DNA of 42,667 nt from Octopus bimaculoides (taxonomy: Eukaryota): positions 556,016 through 598,682 of the forward strand of contig NC_069003.1 of the NCBI RefSeq assembly GCF_001194135.2, in the 5' to 3' direction. Shown here one piece after another: positions 12,546-24,670 of the stretch (position 1 is the stretch's first letter; every line of letters starts with the position of its first letter). The notes beneath the pieces were generated by a model. The model did not search any database and had not been told where the DNA came from. It saw only the letters and a program-made list of their open reading frames with translations. The position numbers were made by a program, and so were the translations under genes.

Positions 12546-13770
12546 GTCTGCTGCTGATTCATTTTACAGACTTCATTTCTGACGACTTCAGACGTTGAAA
12601 ATTATCTTTTTATTTTCGCGAGGCAACGAAGCAACTGGCGAAGAGGTCGTTCACAGATAAACCGTTTCGGCTGTTGCCGGGTGCCTTCTTCAGGCAGGGA
12701 ATTCTCCCCTAGAGACATGCTCTCCACACATGGCCTTTCCTCAAGAAATCCTTCCAGACCAGGACGTTTTATGAGCAAAACTGTCTCATGCGTTGTTCCT
12801 CATGTTTCGCTCTGTCACCTCACTCAAGTGTGTGCTAATGACTTTACTCTTTTACTTGTTTCAAACATGATTTTGCACATGGGTCCGTTCATGGGTCCTA
12901 AATTCATCTTTGAGTTCATTGAAATATTTGCTTATTAGCTTTATATGTATCAAGTTAAGAAACGAATGTTTGTAGCAACTGTCGAAGACGACCATTTTTA
13001 TGCAGATAAAATTATGCAGCAACAAACAAAATTCTACGAAGACAAAGTAAGTCATGACGAATGTGTAATAGCGTTACATATTTTATGCTGTTCTTACAAA
13101 TGTCTAATATCAGTATTAGAATTGACAAACAACTTGAACAACGCGTATTTTTATTTAAGAAAACAACATTCTTAGAAACATAGGATATATCGAAACAAAT
13201 AGAGAAAAAAAACAAAATGATATTTCTATTAATGTGTTCAGTGAAAGGCTGGCAGCTGATGTAAACACACAAATATTTCAAGTATTACAACGTTGTTTGT
13301 GATAAACGAAAATCACATCTTACAATATCAAAGCAGTTGCGCGCTTTTGATAGCAAGGTCAGTCTTCTGACTAAAACCAGATTTAACAAGATAAGAAATA
13401 GATCGAGCAATAAACATGCAATTCTAGTTTCGTCTCAAAACAATGGAAATTTCAAGTAATTTCACTACTTTTCTATAAATTATCATGAACTCTAGCTTGA
13501 ACTGTTTGATCAATCTGTAACTCAATGAGTCGTTCCTGCAACGTAATGTCAACATCAACTGCTTTTAGCCCAACCAGGTCTCACCACTCCACGTGGAATG
13601 TCTCTCTCTCTCTAAAAAATCGTTAAACCGGACTTTCATATGACAGAACAACAGATTCAACAGACAAAAGAATATCACCTTCCAGTTCTGTACCAAGGGA
13701 AACACACAACTTTTCAGTTTTAATAACATTACTGTTGCCATCTTTTAATTTGATGAAGAGAGAGAGAGTA

Positions 13771-13984
13771 AGGCAGCGAGCTAACTGAATCGTTAGCTCC
13801 CCGGGAAAAATGCTTAGCAGCATTTCACCCGTCTTTGCGTCCCGAGTTCAAATTCCACCGAGGTCGACTATGCTTTTCAATCCTTTCGGGGTCGATAAAT
13901 TAAGTACCAGTTGATCACTGGGGATCGATGTAATCGATTTATATCCATCCCCGAAATTGCTGACCTTGTGCCTGATTTTGAAAC
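13771..13984 (+). mobile_element. tRNA-derived SINE with central domain GAGGTCGACTATGCTTTTCAATCCTTTCGGGGTCGATAAATTAAGTACCAG
   Basis: It has a B-box-like GAGTTCAAATTCC. An inverted homologous copy lies at 32710-32884 and a degraded copy at 19460-19610. The central domain recalls conserved invertebrate SINE cores, but I have not assigned a superfamily. Confidence 0.75.
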
Positions 13985-14378
13985 TAATTTACCCAAGAAA
14001 TTTTCTGTCCCTTCGCATGACTGATGTTTCGTTACGGTTTATTTCATTATCATTGAGACACACCACTGTGCAAATGTTATCTTCAATTCACAATAAAGCG
14101 TCCCACGAAATGACAAACGGAATGATATTTTTATTTAATAGATTTGCTCTCTTTAACGGCCCAACTCCATATGGAACTTCCATGCCTCGATTTTATTAAA
14201 TCGCGAAATGCGAGTAAAACACATACAAAAAAAGAAACCGTACTTTAACTCCGAAGAACATAGAAACCAAATGCCCCAAGTTGAACGGAGGTAGGTTTGC
14301 GATTCGAGTTTTAGGGAGTATTTTCATAGAAATTAGCCAAAGTCATTCTTTGATTGTCTTATGTCTATAGATTCAGTA

Positions 14379-14465
14379 ACGAAATATTTGTTGAGTGTAA
14401 TAATCTATTATAAATATTTGTGGTGTTGAGATTAGGACAAAGAAAGAAATAGGAATTGGATGACA
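14379..14465 (+). mobile_element. Short decayed RTE-like LINE fragment
   Basis: It reads KYLLSVII then, after a frameshift, CGVEIRTKKEIGIG, resembling the RT C-terminal motif FKYLGSII...CEKEIRRRIGIA. The match is short and degenerate. Confidence 0.4.
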
Positions 14466-15214
14466 AGATGGTCGTGTGTCTGACAGTTAAGTTCTGAAAA
14501 TGAGACATTCAAGGCATTCTCGTTAAGAGAATGGTTTTTCTTAAAATTATAAAGTCAACAAAATACGTTTTGTTTCTTTCAAAGAAGACGCCAGGGACTG
14601 TTGCTCAAAACCAAAGACGTTTTGTAAGACTCGGAGATTTGATAATAATAATAATAATATTAATAATAATGCGTCAGAAGAAATGTATTGATGGCATTGG
14701 GTGACAACGGAATGGTTGAAACTCGGAATACAACGAATGTCGAAGAATTCTTACAGTTCTGTCGTTGAGACTCAGAACCTTCGTGGAAAGATATGTTCTT
14801 TTTCTCTCATTTTCTTTCGCCACTTTCTTGCTCCTACACTCAAACACACACACACACACACTGCCCACTTCTGTCGCCCTCTCACTTCCTCTTGTTTGCT
14901 TGCGCGCACGAACACAAACACATATGAATTCTCTCTGTGCAACACACACTTTCCCAATTTCTTTCTCTCCCATACTATATACATCTCTCTCTCTCTCTCT
15001 CTCTTTATCTATCTTTCGAATATATTCATTTCCCGTCTCTTTCTGATCTCCTCCTCCTCCCCTCATCAAACAGTCTCTCATTTCCTCCCCCTCTCATCCA
15101 CACCTCTACTTTACCTTCTCCTCACATTATGTCACACATAATCCCCTCCTAATGCTAATCTCTTTTCACTTTACTGTCGCCATCTTCTTTTCAACCAACT
15201 ATTTTATCATCAGC

Positions 15215-15245
<31 letters not shown>

Positions 15246-15982
15246 TCACACGTGCATTCATACACACACACACATGGATATAAACATAAGAACCTACGCG
15301 AAAGCACACTCGCAACGAAACGTGAACATAAACACAAACACACCACTATTTACACAGCCACACACATGCAAACACATATACACACACGCATACACTTGTC
15401 GTATATCGTTACTTTAGCCGTGTGTGTGTATGTATATAGGCATGCATGTGTGCGAGTGTGCGTAGACACACATACGTGTTCACACTTACAAATGTATATA
15501 CATGCACGTATACACGCGTATAAACTTAACATACTTATTTAAACCGGCGCGCAGAAACGGAGGAATAAAGATGTATATACCAGAATATACACACCTAAGA
15601 CATGCAAACACATAGGTACATATACACTCACCCGAGCGAACGCGTACATAACACACACGTACGCACACGCACACGCACACACACACATATATATATATAT
15701 GCATATATGTTTAAACATCCTTTGTCTACTCGCATGTGTGTATATACATATACCAACGTACAATCATTCTCCTCCTATACAGACATAAATAGTTATACAC
15801 ATTCATACGCATATACACAGCTGCATACATACATACGCACACAACATCGTTCATTCCGACACACACACACAGACCGATTTACACTTTGTATATAGACGTA
15901 CTTCTGTACAAACAAGTGTCCGCGTGTGTGCATGTATGTGTGTGATTATATATATATACATATATGCATAGACATACAGATG

Positions 15983-16027
<45 letters not shown>

Positions 16028-17419
16028 NNNNNNNNNNNNNNNNNNNNNNNNNNNNNNNNNNNNNNNNNNNNNNNNNNNNNNNNNNNNNNNNNNNNNNNNN
16101 NNNNNNNNNNNNNNNNNNNNNNNNNNNNNNNNNNNNNNNNNNNNNNNNNNNNNNNNNNNNNNNNNNNNNNNNNNNNNNNNNNNNNNNNNNNNNNNNNNNN
16201 NNNNNNNNNNNNNNNNNNNNNNNNNNNNNNNNNNNNNNNNNNNNNNNNNNNNNNNNNNNNNNNNNNNNNNNNNNNNNNNNNNNNNNNNNNNNNNNNNNNN
16301 NNNNNNNNNNNNNNNNNNNNNNNNNNNNNNNNNNNNNNNNNNNNNNNNNNNNNNNNNNNNNNNNNNNNNNNNNNNNNNNNNNNNNNNNNNNNNNNNNNNN
16401 NNNNNNNNNNNNNNNNNNNNNNNNNNNNNNNNNNNNNNNNNNNNNNNNNNNNATATATATATATATATATGTATGAAATCTTTTATCTGCTTATGTTTCA
16501 GTCATTGGAAGGCGGCCATGCTGGGATAACACCACGAATTGTTTCAGAAATATGTTTTTTTTTTTATATAGTTAGCAATATTTAAAGAAAAAATTTCTCA
16601 ACCTATAAATAATTATATTACAAAGTTCTTCACAATATAAAACAAGTAAGTAGATTACTATCTACCTGATGGAAGGAATGTTTTGAGTACGCATTTGCAT
16701 TCTACCTACTTACCTACCTACCTATCTATCTATCTATCTTCTTGGTCGAGTCAGCTCCTTGCTGCCTTGGGTTTCACCTGTGGGTGCCTAAGTCCTTCGG
16801 GCAATTTATGACTTGTGTAGTGATCTTGTTCACCTACAGGTAAAATACACACACACACACATTTATATAGATGTATGAAGGTATGTATACGTTATATGCA
16901 TATAATAAGTTTTAAAAGTTGATTGATTGCCGAAACTGTTTTAGTGCCTTATTCACTGAAGCGTGGTGGCGGGTGGGAGTTTTCAAATCGTTCGGTTTAT
17001 GTCATCATTGTAAAAGCCATGCTGAAGTAGCACCATCTGATAGTTTAGGCTTGTTATAAGAATCTGAGGTCCGCGAGGTGCAGATCAAGGGAACTATTGG
17101 TGGGAATATAAGGGCTGAACGAAAGGGACGGAGATGCTCGAAATTTAGTGGGACGAGGGAAAACGGTGCCAATGGCATAGTTTAGGGAGCCTCTTGGACT
17201 TGTTGCAGGAAGGGAGTTCTGGGCCATTCTTAGACTGGAATTTGTTGAAGACACAGAAGGGCCTGGTGGTGGAGGTGGTGGAGGATGTAAAACGATTAGT
17301 GCGTTTCTGTGTCGATATGGAATTAGGTATACACACACATTCATACACATACATATACTAATACCTACAGACGTATACACATTAATACATGCATGTACAT
17401 CCGTGCTTAAGTACATACA

Positions 17420-17465
<46 letters not shown>

Positions 17466-17607
17466 GAGAGAGAGAGAGGTGGGGCGGGAGACACGTTATC
17501 TAATCATAGAATGAGATAGAGTTCGCAGAACATAAGAGAAGTGAGACACAATGCGAAGCAATGCAGCGAAGTGAAGCACAACAAAGCAACCGAGAAGTTC
17601 TTTTAAA

Positions 17608-17803
17608 TGGTGACTTGACGTCTGAGAAATAGCAGCCAATTCTCCATCATTGCGAGCCTTCGCGATTGTCTTCGAGGAAACGGATTTGATATTTGAGATA
17701 ATATAGTATGGGGTACGTGACGCCCGTAAGAGGCGAGATGGTCATGAATGAAGTGTCCTTGATCCCTGGTGTATTGGATCAGAGTTAACCTGGGGCTTAA
17801 ACA
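17608..17803 (+). mobile_element. Decayed copy of the ...GAAATAGCAGCCAA...GACCTGGGGCTAAAC repeat family
   Basis: GAGAAATAGCAGCCAATTCTCC...GAGATGGTCATGAATGAAGTG...GTTAACCTGGGGCTTAAAC. The same 5' motif recurs at ~25465, ~25705, and inverted at ~12050 and ~40475. Confidence 0.6.
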
Positions 17804-17940
17804 TTGCTGCGACAGATAATATTCCAAATGAATGATCACACTAGCAAAATATCACATCAAAATTAACGCCATAACAACGCAGAACACAACAGAACAGGAT
17901 TTCAGACGCAACGGAGAAACGCACAACGCAATATACCACA

Positions 17941-18000
<60 letters not shown>

Positions 18001-18745
18001 CACAACATAAGAGACGGCAGGAGCCGAGGCAGCTGCACACATCACATTCCATAACCGCCCCCCCCCAACAAACTGCCAAGCAACACCGCAGCACAACATC
18101 GCAGAGCCTCACTCTCACCATTCGACGCATCACCTGATAAACCCCACAACACATCTCCTCAACACATATCATCACTGTCACACAACACTCAAACAACACA
18201 TTCCAAGCCCCCCCCCGCCTCCTCCTCAAAGGCTGACATTGAGATTTCGCCAGTCAATTCACTAAACATTTTCTCTAATCTCTCCACTCAATTCTAGAAG
18301 TTTCTATCGATTTTTCTCCAATAATTTCATCTCACAGACTCAAACTGTTTCCTGCAATAAGCTTTCTCTTCTTCCGCCAGCCATTTCCCCCACCCACCTT
18401 GCCTTCTACCATCTCTCTCTCGCTCTCTCTCCACATTCAATAACACACCTGTACACAGACATAGACACACACGCACACACGCGCACACGTACTCTAACTC
18501 TCCTCCATTCACCCCCCCACACCTATTTCTCTCTCTCACTCACATTCTTTCTCTTTATACGTCTCCCTTTCTCATTCTTTCACTCTCTCCACTTCGTCTT
18601 TCTCTCCCTTTCAACCTCCCTCTCTCTTTCTCAACCACACTCCCCATTTTCTCTCTCTCTCTCTCTCAGTTTTCCCCTCTTTTTCTTTCTATTCTATCTC
18701 TGTTTCTCTCTCACTAATTTCTCACTCATGTTCTCTCTATCTCTA

Positions 18746-18785
<40 letters not shown>

Positions 18786-18839
18786 GCTCTCTCTCTCTCT
18801 CTCTCGTTTTCACCTTTCTTAAATTAACAACTTCCTTTT

Positions 18840-18895
<56 letters not shown>

Positions 18896-18973
18896 TGCAT
18901 ACATATGGAAGTGTTCCTATAACTGTGTATGTGTGTGCTTCCTTCTGTGTGCACTCCTATATATATATTCCTG

Positions 18974-19005
<32 letters not shown>

Positions 19006-19459
19006 GTCTGTGTCTTTGCGCGCGTGTGTCTGCATGAATAAATTTGCGTTTGTGTACGCGAATGCATTGGTTTGTGCAGTTCGTGTTATTTGTGTGTGCG
19101 TGTTCGTATGCTGACAGCTTTACGTGTATGTCTTGTACGTTTATGTGATTCTGTCTGTCTGTGTGCGTGTATGCATTTGTATGAATCTGAGTGTATGTGC
19201 CTTTGTGCTTGTGTGTGCGCGAGAGTGTGTGTGTGTTAGTATCGCTGTGTGTGTATGCGTGTGCGTGAGTGTAAGCGTTTGTGCTTGTTTCAATCTTGTT
19301 TCTACGTTTGTTCTTTCGTTATTTAATAAATGACAAAAATTGTGTGGTTTTCGAACTGAAACAGTTTTATTTCGGTAGAGTCATTTTAGCCACATAATGT
19401 ACACACGCACCGCTATATTATATTCTTTTTCAGTTTTGCATATGGAAGTGGATTGAAGG

Positions 19460-19610
19460 AATTGACAGGGCGTCGTACCAATGTCTTATGGGATTTGTTC
19501 CTGGTCTCTGTGGTCTGAGTTCAAATCCCAACAAAATCAAGTCTACCTTTCAGCCTACCGGGAATCGATAATATAAATTATAGGTCAAGTTTTGGCGTCA
19601 AATTACATTA
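19460..19610 (+). mobile_element. Degraded copy of the 13771-type SINE
   Basis: CTGAGTTCAAATCCCAAC...TCTACCTTTCAGCCTACCGGGAATCGATAA parallels GAGTTCAAATTCCACCGAGGTCGACTATGCTTTTCAATCCTTTCGGGGTCGATAA. Confidence 0.5.
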
Positions 19611-19665
19611 TCGCAGCAGATGTTGACGGGGCTCATTCTCTCGCTCGCTCATGCTATCAGCACCA

Positions 19666-20032
19666 GTTGTTGGCACTCCGTCGCATACGACGTCGAGGGT
19701 TCCAGTTGATCCGATCAACGGAACAGCCTGCTCGTGAAATTAACGTGCCAGTGGCTGAGCACTCCACAGACACGTGTACCCTTAACGTAGTTCTCGGGGA
19801 TATTCAGCGTGACACAGTGTGACAAGGCTGTCCCTTTGAATTGCACAACAGAAACAGGAAGAAAGAGTAAGAGAAAGTTGTGGTGAAAGAGTACAGCAGG
19901 GGTCGCCACCACCCACTGCCGGAGCATCGTGGAGCTTTTAGGTGTTTTCACTCAATAAACACTCACAACGCCGGGTCTGGGAATCGAAACTGCGGTCCTA
20001 TGACCGCGAGTCCGCTTCCCTAACCACTGGGC
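19666..20032 (-). mobile_element. Near full-length tRNA-derived SINE (same family as 36911-37291)
   Basis: The minus strand has the head GCCCAGTGGTTAGGGAAGCGGACTCGCGGTCATAGGACCGCAGTTTCGATTCCCAGACC. The body is colinear with 36911-37291 and ends GGAGTGCCAACAAC. Confidence 0.9.
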
Positions 20033-20064
20033 TTTGTCGGTAAAACAGCCTCCGTCACTAACAC

Positions 20065-20110
<46 letters not shown>

Positions 20111-20645
20111 CGGAGTAGAGTGTCTTTGTGTTTTGTTAAGATATCTGTGGCTTGTCTGTCGTCTGGAAATGTTGGACGATTTAGATACCAGCTGTGCCAG
20201 GGGATTACTTGTAGGGTACACCACCACCAGCCCCACCTCTTTTGTAACAGATGCGTCTGTAACAATACCAGCAGCAGCAACAAGTACAATGATGGCGACA
20301 GCAAGAACAAGAGCGGTAACAAGAATCTGATCAGACGGCATCGTTCGTTTGTTTGGTTTTTGTGTCGTTGCTAAGAAGTGACTCAGCACCAACGGACGAT
20401 TCAGCAAAAGGAACGAACGAATAAACCAATCAACCAATTAACCAATAATTACCCAACCAACCAATGCCTCATGTTAATAAAAGCAAGCAATTCCAATAAC
20501 AAAGTTTTCGGTTATGTAGTTCCGTTGTCTTCCGAATTTCTTTCGTGGATCCTTTTCAGTATTTACGTTTCGAAATCCTCTTTCACTTTGTAAACACACT
20601 CGTGCGCGTGTGCCTGGGGCTTGTAATTGTGATCCTATGCGAGAA

Positions 20646-20963
20646 GGCACCTGGCTTAGTGGTTTGTGTATTCGGCCCACGATCGCAAGGCTGTAAGTTC
20701 GAGTCCAGCCGGTGCATTGTGTTCTTGAGCAAGACACTTTATTTCACGTTGCTTCCATCCACTCACCTGGCAAAAGTGAGCAGTACCTGTAATTCAAAGG
20801 CTCAGCCTTGTTCCATTCTGTGTCACGCTGAATCTCCCTGAGAACTACGTTAAAGATACGCAGGTCTGTAGAGTACTCAGCCACTTGCATGTTTATTTCT
20901 CGAGCAGGCTGTTCCGTTGATCAGATCAACTGGAACAATCATCGTCATAAGCGACGAAGGGCC
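20646..20963 (+). mobile_element. tRNA-derived SINE with a CORE-like middle, sharing its 3' ~190 nt with the 36911 family
   Basis: A-box-like TGGCTTAGTGG (20652-20662), B-box-like GTTCGAGTCC (~20697-20706), CORE-like TGTGTTCTTGAGCAAGACACTTTA, then GTACCTGTA...TGTGTCACGCTGAATCTCCCTGAGAACTACGTTAA...ATCAACTGGAAC as in 37104-37280. Confidence 0.8.
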
Positions 20964-21691
20964 TAGCTTTGTCCGTGTAAATGATTCTGCGGGTGATATA
21001 CGGTCGTACAAATATATGCATGCTTATGTGTGTATATATGTATACACACACATACAGTTATATTAATACGTATAGTTATATTAATACGTACGCACACACA
21101 CACACGTATGTATATATATATATATATATATATATTTCCCTACATGCACACCCATCCACATATATACATTTACATTAATAAGTAGCTTGCTATTTATATT
21201 TAAAAGCGTTCAATCAAAGATGACATCAGATTTGTTAGATCAATTAAGCTGTCCTCTAAGCCGATGTTTTTTTCAGCTCCACTGGTGCTTAAAAGATACG
21301 ACCTACATCACTGTTCAGAGGTTATGAGACACTCGACTTGTCTGCCAAACACGGAGGAACCCTTCCCCCACCCCATACGTCATCATCGTCGTCACCATCA
21401 TCATCATTCCTACCCCTCCTCTTCCTTTCTTCCTAATGTAATTCGTTTTCCTATCTATGAAAGATCCCCTGGTAACGATTATAAACGAAGTGATTCTTGT
21501 CCTGGCAAAATGTGTTTTAAACGTTCGCATGTTTTTCGATTACAGTTTGTCGATTTTCTTAAAAACGTTCGGTTATTAATTTATGTTTTGCATCGCTCAA
21601 AATGATTATAGAAATGAGATGTTCTCATTTTCTTTTTTCTTATGTGATAACAAAATAAATATGAAGGAAAAAAAAAGTTTGAGCAATTAAT

Positions 21692-21727
<36 letters not shown>

Positions 21728-21992
21728 ACGCACACGTTTGTTAATGTTTGATTTTATTTTATGTTCATTTAAAATAAAAGCAATTTTTCATTAATTTGAT
21801 GGGTTACTTTTGTAGAATACAAATTTATTATTCTTTAATAAGAATATGATTGATAGTGACTTTGAAGTTTTGACCAGCTAAGCCATCGTCAGTAGTCCGG
21901 CGATGTCTGTCTGTCTNNNNNNNNNNNNNNNNNNNNNNNNNNNNNNNNNNNNNCACACACACACACGCACACACACGCACACACACGCACAC

Positions 21993-22038
<46 letters not shown>

Positions 22039-22574
22039 CGAGCCATTCACACATGCAGTGAAGCATGCAGAGCAGTAATCGTCCACAGTAAACATCCAGA
22101 CTCCCACATTGGCAGACGACCATACCGATCAATAGCTATTCTACCGCACACACAATGTCATCCATTTAAATGTAGACACATTCAACTGAAACCAACTTAA
22201 TCAGTTTAAAAGGAGAGATTCTAACATTTTCATATACCACTGTACCATTTGTATGTCAGCATTTGTAACATCGTTTAGATAGCAATATGGGACTTAGCAA
22301 TGGGACACATCTTAGCTGTTCTTATCTGCAACAGACATTCTCTGATCTTTAATCTATTCGAGTGAATTCTATTAGAGAACGTGTGTGTGTGTGTGTGTGT
22401 GTGAGTAGATGTATGTAGGTAGGTACATATAAGCGTGAAGGGGTGTATATGTGTATAGTTATGTATGAATGGGTGTTGTTGCTTTTGTATTTCTGTGTCT
22501 ATATTTACGTGTGTATATAATCATTGTACATATAAATAAAGAGGTAAACACACAAACATGTATATACCTGTATG

Positions 22575-22605
<31 letters not shown>

Positions 22606-22763
22606 GCGTCTATATATATTTATATATATACATATATATATACACACATATATATATATATATACATATATATNNNNNNNNNNATATACACACACGCATA
22701 TATATACACACACACACATATATATATATATATACATATATATACACATATATATATATGCAT

Positions 22764-22802
<39 letters not shown>

Positions 22803-23306
22803 CATGCATTGTGTTGCAGTGTATTTATGAGTTGTGGATCTTAATGGTATCGCATGTAGCCCCAGAATTTGGATGAACCCTGAATTTGATGTTAAAGTCG
22901 ATTGGGCAATCACATGTTCTTAATGATTAATACAGAAGACAGAGTGTACTGGAAGCTTTATTTAAGACAACGATCGTTTCGGCTTACTTCTGCACTGCTT
23001 CCCAGGGGTGGGGAACGATATAATGGGATCGAATGCAACGAAAGTGCACTACCCTGGATGACGGCTGGTAGCTGCAAACGGTGAACGTGTTCTACAGGAA
23101 CACTACAAGGGACATTCTCCTAACAAGGTTTGGATACTACACCTTAAAGATTCCTACCTAAACTTCACTTTTAAATACAACTTTATACACACAAATATAT
23201 ATTTTGTTCCGTACTTGTCTCTCGTTATGTGTTTATGTCTTTTTCACTTGTTGGTGATGTCCTAAACTTGATGTATTTTATATATATAAACAAACGTACA
23301 TATGTA

Positions 23307-23356
<50 letters not shown>

Positions 23357-23357
<1 letters not shown>

Positions 23358-23500
23358 GTGTGTGTTTGTGTATGTGTGTGTTTGTGTATGTGTGTGTTTG
23401 TGTATGTGTGTGTTTGTGTATGTGTGTGTTTGTGTATGTGTGTGTTTGTGTATGTGTGTGTTTGTGTATGTGTGTGTTTGTGTATGTGTGTGTTTATGTA
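23357..23500. repeat. Minisatellite of nine 16-bp units (TGTGTGTGTTTGTGTA)
   Basis: Eight perfect units plus one variant, counted directly. Confidence 0.9.
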
Positions 23501-24071
23501 TGTATGACGCAAAGGCTTACACGTTGTCTTATGATGCGAGCAAGTTGCTTTGTTGCCTTTAATATACAATGCTCTTTCGACTTGCGAGAGAACGATACCA
23601 GTCATTCCACCACCAAATAGCTTTATATATCATTCAGAAGTCAGTCGCTTATCGTTGAGGGTGGCGGTGTACTTTTGTATCAGCGAAATATAGAGTCTAA
23701 GAGGCAACCGTCAAATCGTGTCGAGCAGACATACTTTTGAAATTCGTGTGAGTAACAGAAGTGATGTTTCTCTCTATTACTGACTTATTATTCTGCTGTT
23801 TAGATCTCTTTCTTCCCTGCATCGATCTGTGACACGTTTATTGATACACACAGTCACACATTGTATACACTCACTCAGACATTGAAATATACAACACACA
23901 CACACACACACACACAAAATGTATATATTTATGTATGTAGTAATGCCCCTTATATAAATATAAACGTATAATTATATTCTTGGGAATAGAAATTTCCCTT
24001 ATGAATTTTTTTATACTCTGGCTTCTTGATAAAATTCTTGTAAAAGAGTTTTATCCCTTTTTGAATTAATT

Positions 24072-24124
<53 letters not shown>

Positions 24125-24194
24125 TTTATTTGTGTACTAAGGCTACAATTGGTTTCATGTTGAGAAATATCTCAACAATGTGTGTGTGAGTGTG

Positions 24195-24383
24195 TGTCTT
24201 TCTGTCTTTGTTTGTCCCCACACTGCCGCTTGAAAACCGTAATTTAGCGGTTCAGCAAAAGATACCAATAGAATAAGTACCAGGCCTTAAAAGAAATACT
24301 GGGGTTGATACAATCTACTGAAAGCTTCTTCAAGGCAGTGCCCCAGCATGGCCGCAGTCTAATAACTGGAACAAGTAAAAGGT
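24195..24383 (+). mobile_element. 3' portion of a SINE (same family as 9206-9369)
   Basis: GTAATTTAGCGGTTCAGCAAAAGATACCAATAGAATAAGTACCAGG...CTGGGGTTGAT...GTGCCCCAGCATGGCCGCAGTC...GGAACAAGTAAAAG. Confidence 0.75.
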
Positions 24384-24618
24384 AGCTGTGTGTGTGTGTG
24401 TGTGTCTGAAGTGCACGACCGAAACTTGCAGCCCTTACGACACTTCTGTAAGTTTTGTACCGATTATGGTCTGTCTGTCCGTCCGTCTGTCTATCGCGCT
24501 GACTGTCCATATGACACATACACACACACATATGTAAGTATACACACATATACACACATGTGGGCGACCAACATATAAACTCACACAGAAATAACGCACA
24601 GGTACAAACCCACGCATG

Positions 24619-24670
24619 CGCGCACCCACTTCCCGCGCACCCACTTCCCGCGCACCCACTTCCCGCGCAC
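24619..24670. repeat. 3.5 perfect copies of a 15-bp GC-rich unit CGCGCACCCACTTCC
   Basis: Units start at 24619, 24634 and 24649, with a partial unit at 24664. Confidence 0.9.

Noticed and set aside
12945-13052. Possible plus-strand exon KKRMFVATVEDDHFYADKIMQQQTKFYEDK followed by GTAAGT
   Set aside because: I recognise no homology, the acceptor is weak and there are no partner exons. RNA-seq would be needed.
15926-16585. Long ORFs spanning N-runs (also ~26.5, 28, 29.5, 31, 35.7, 38 and 41.4 kb)
   Set aside because: Their length comes from untranslatable assembly gaps.
16745-16800. HDV-like ribozyme suggested by CAGCTCCTTGCTG and GGGCAA
   Set aside because: P3 needs an A-C mismatch, and no P1/P1.1/P2 pairings could be built.
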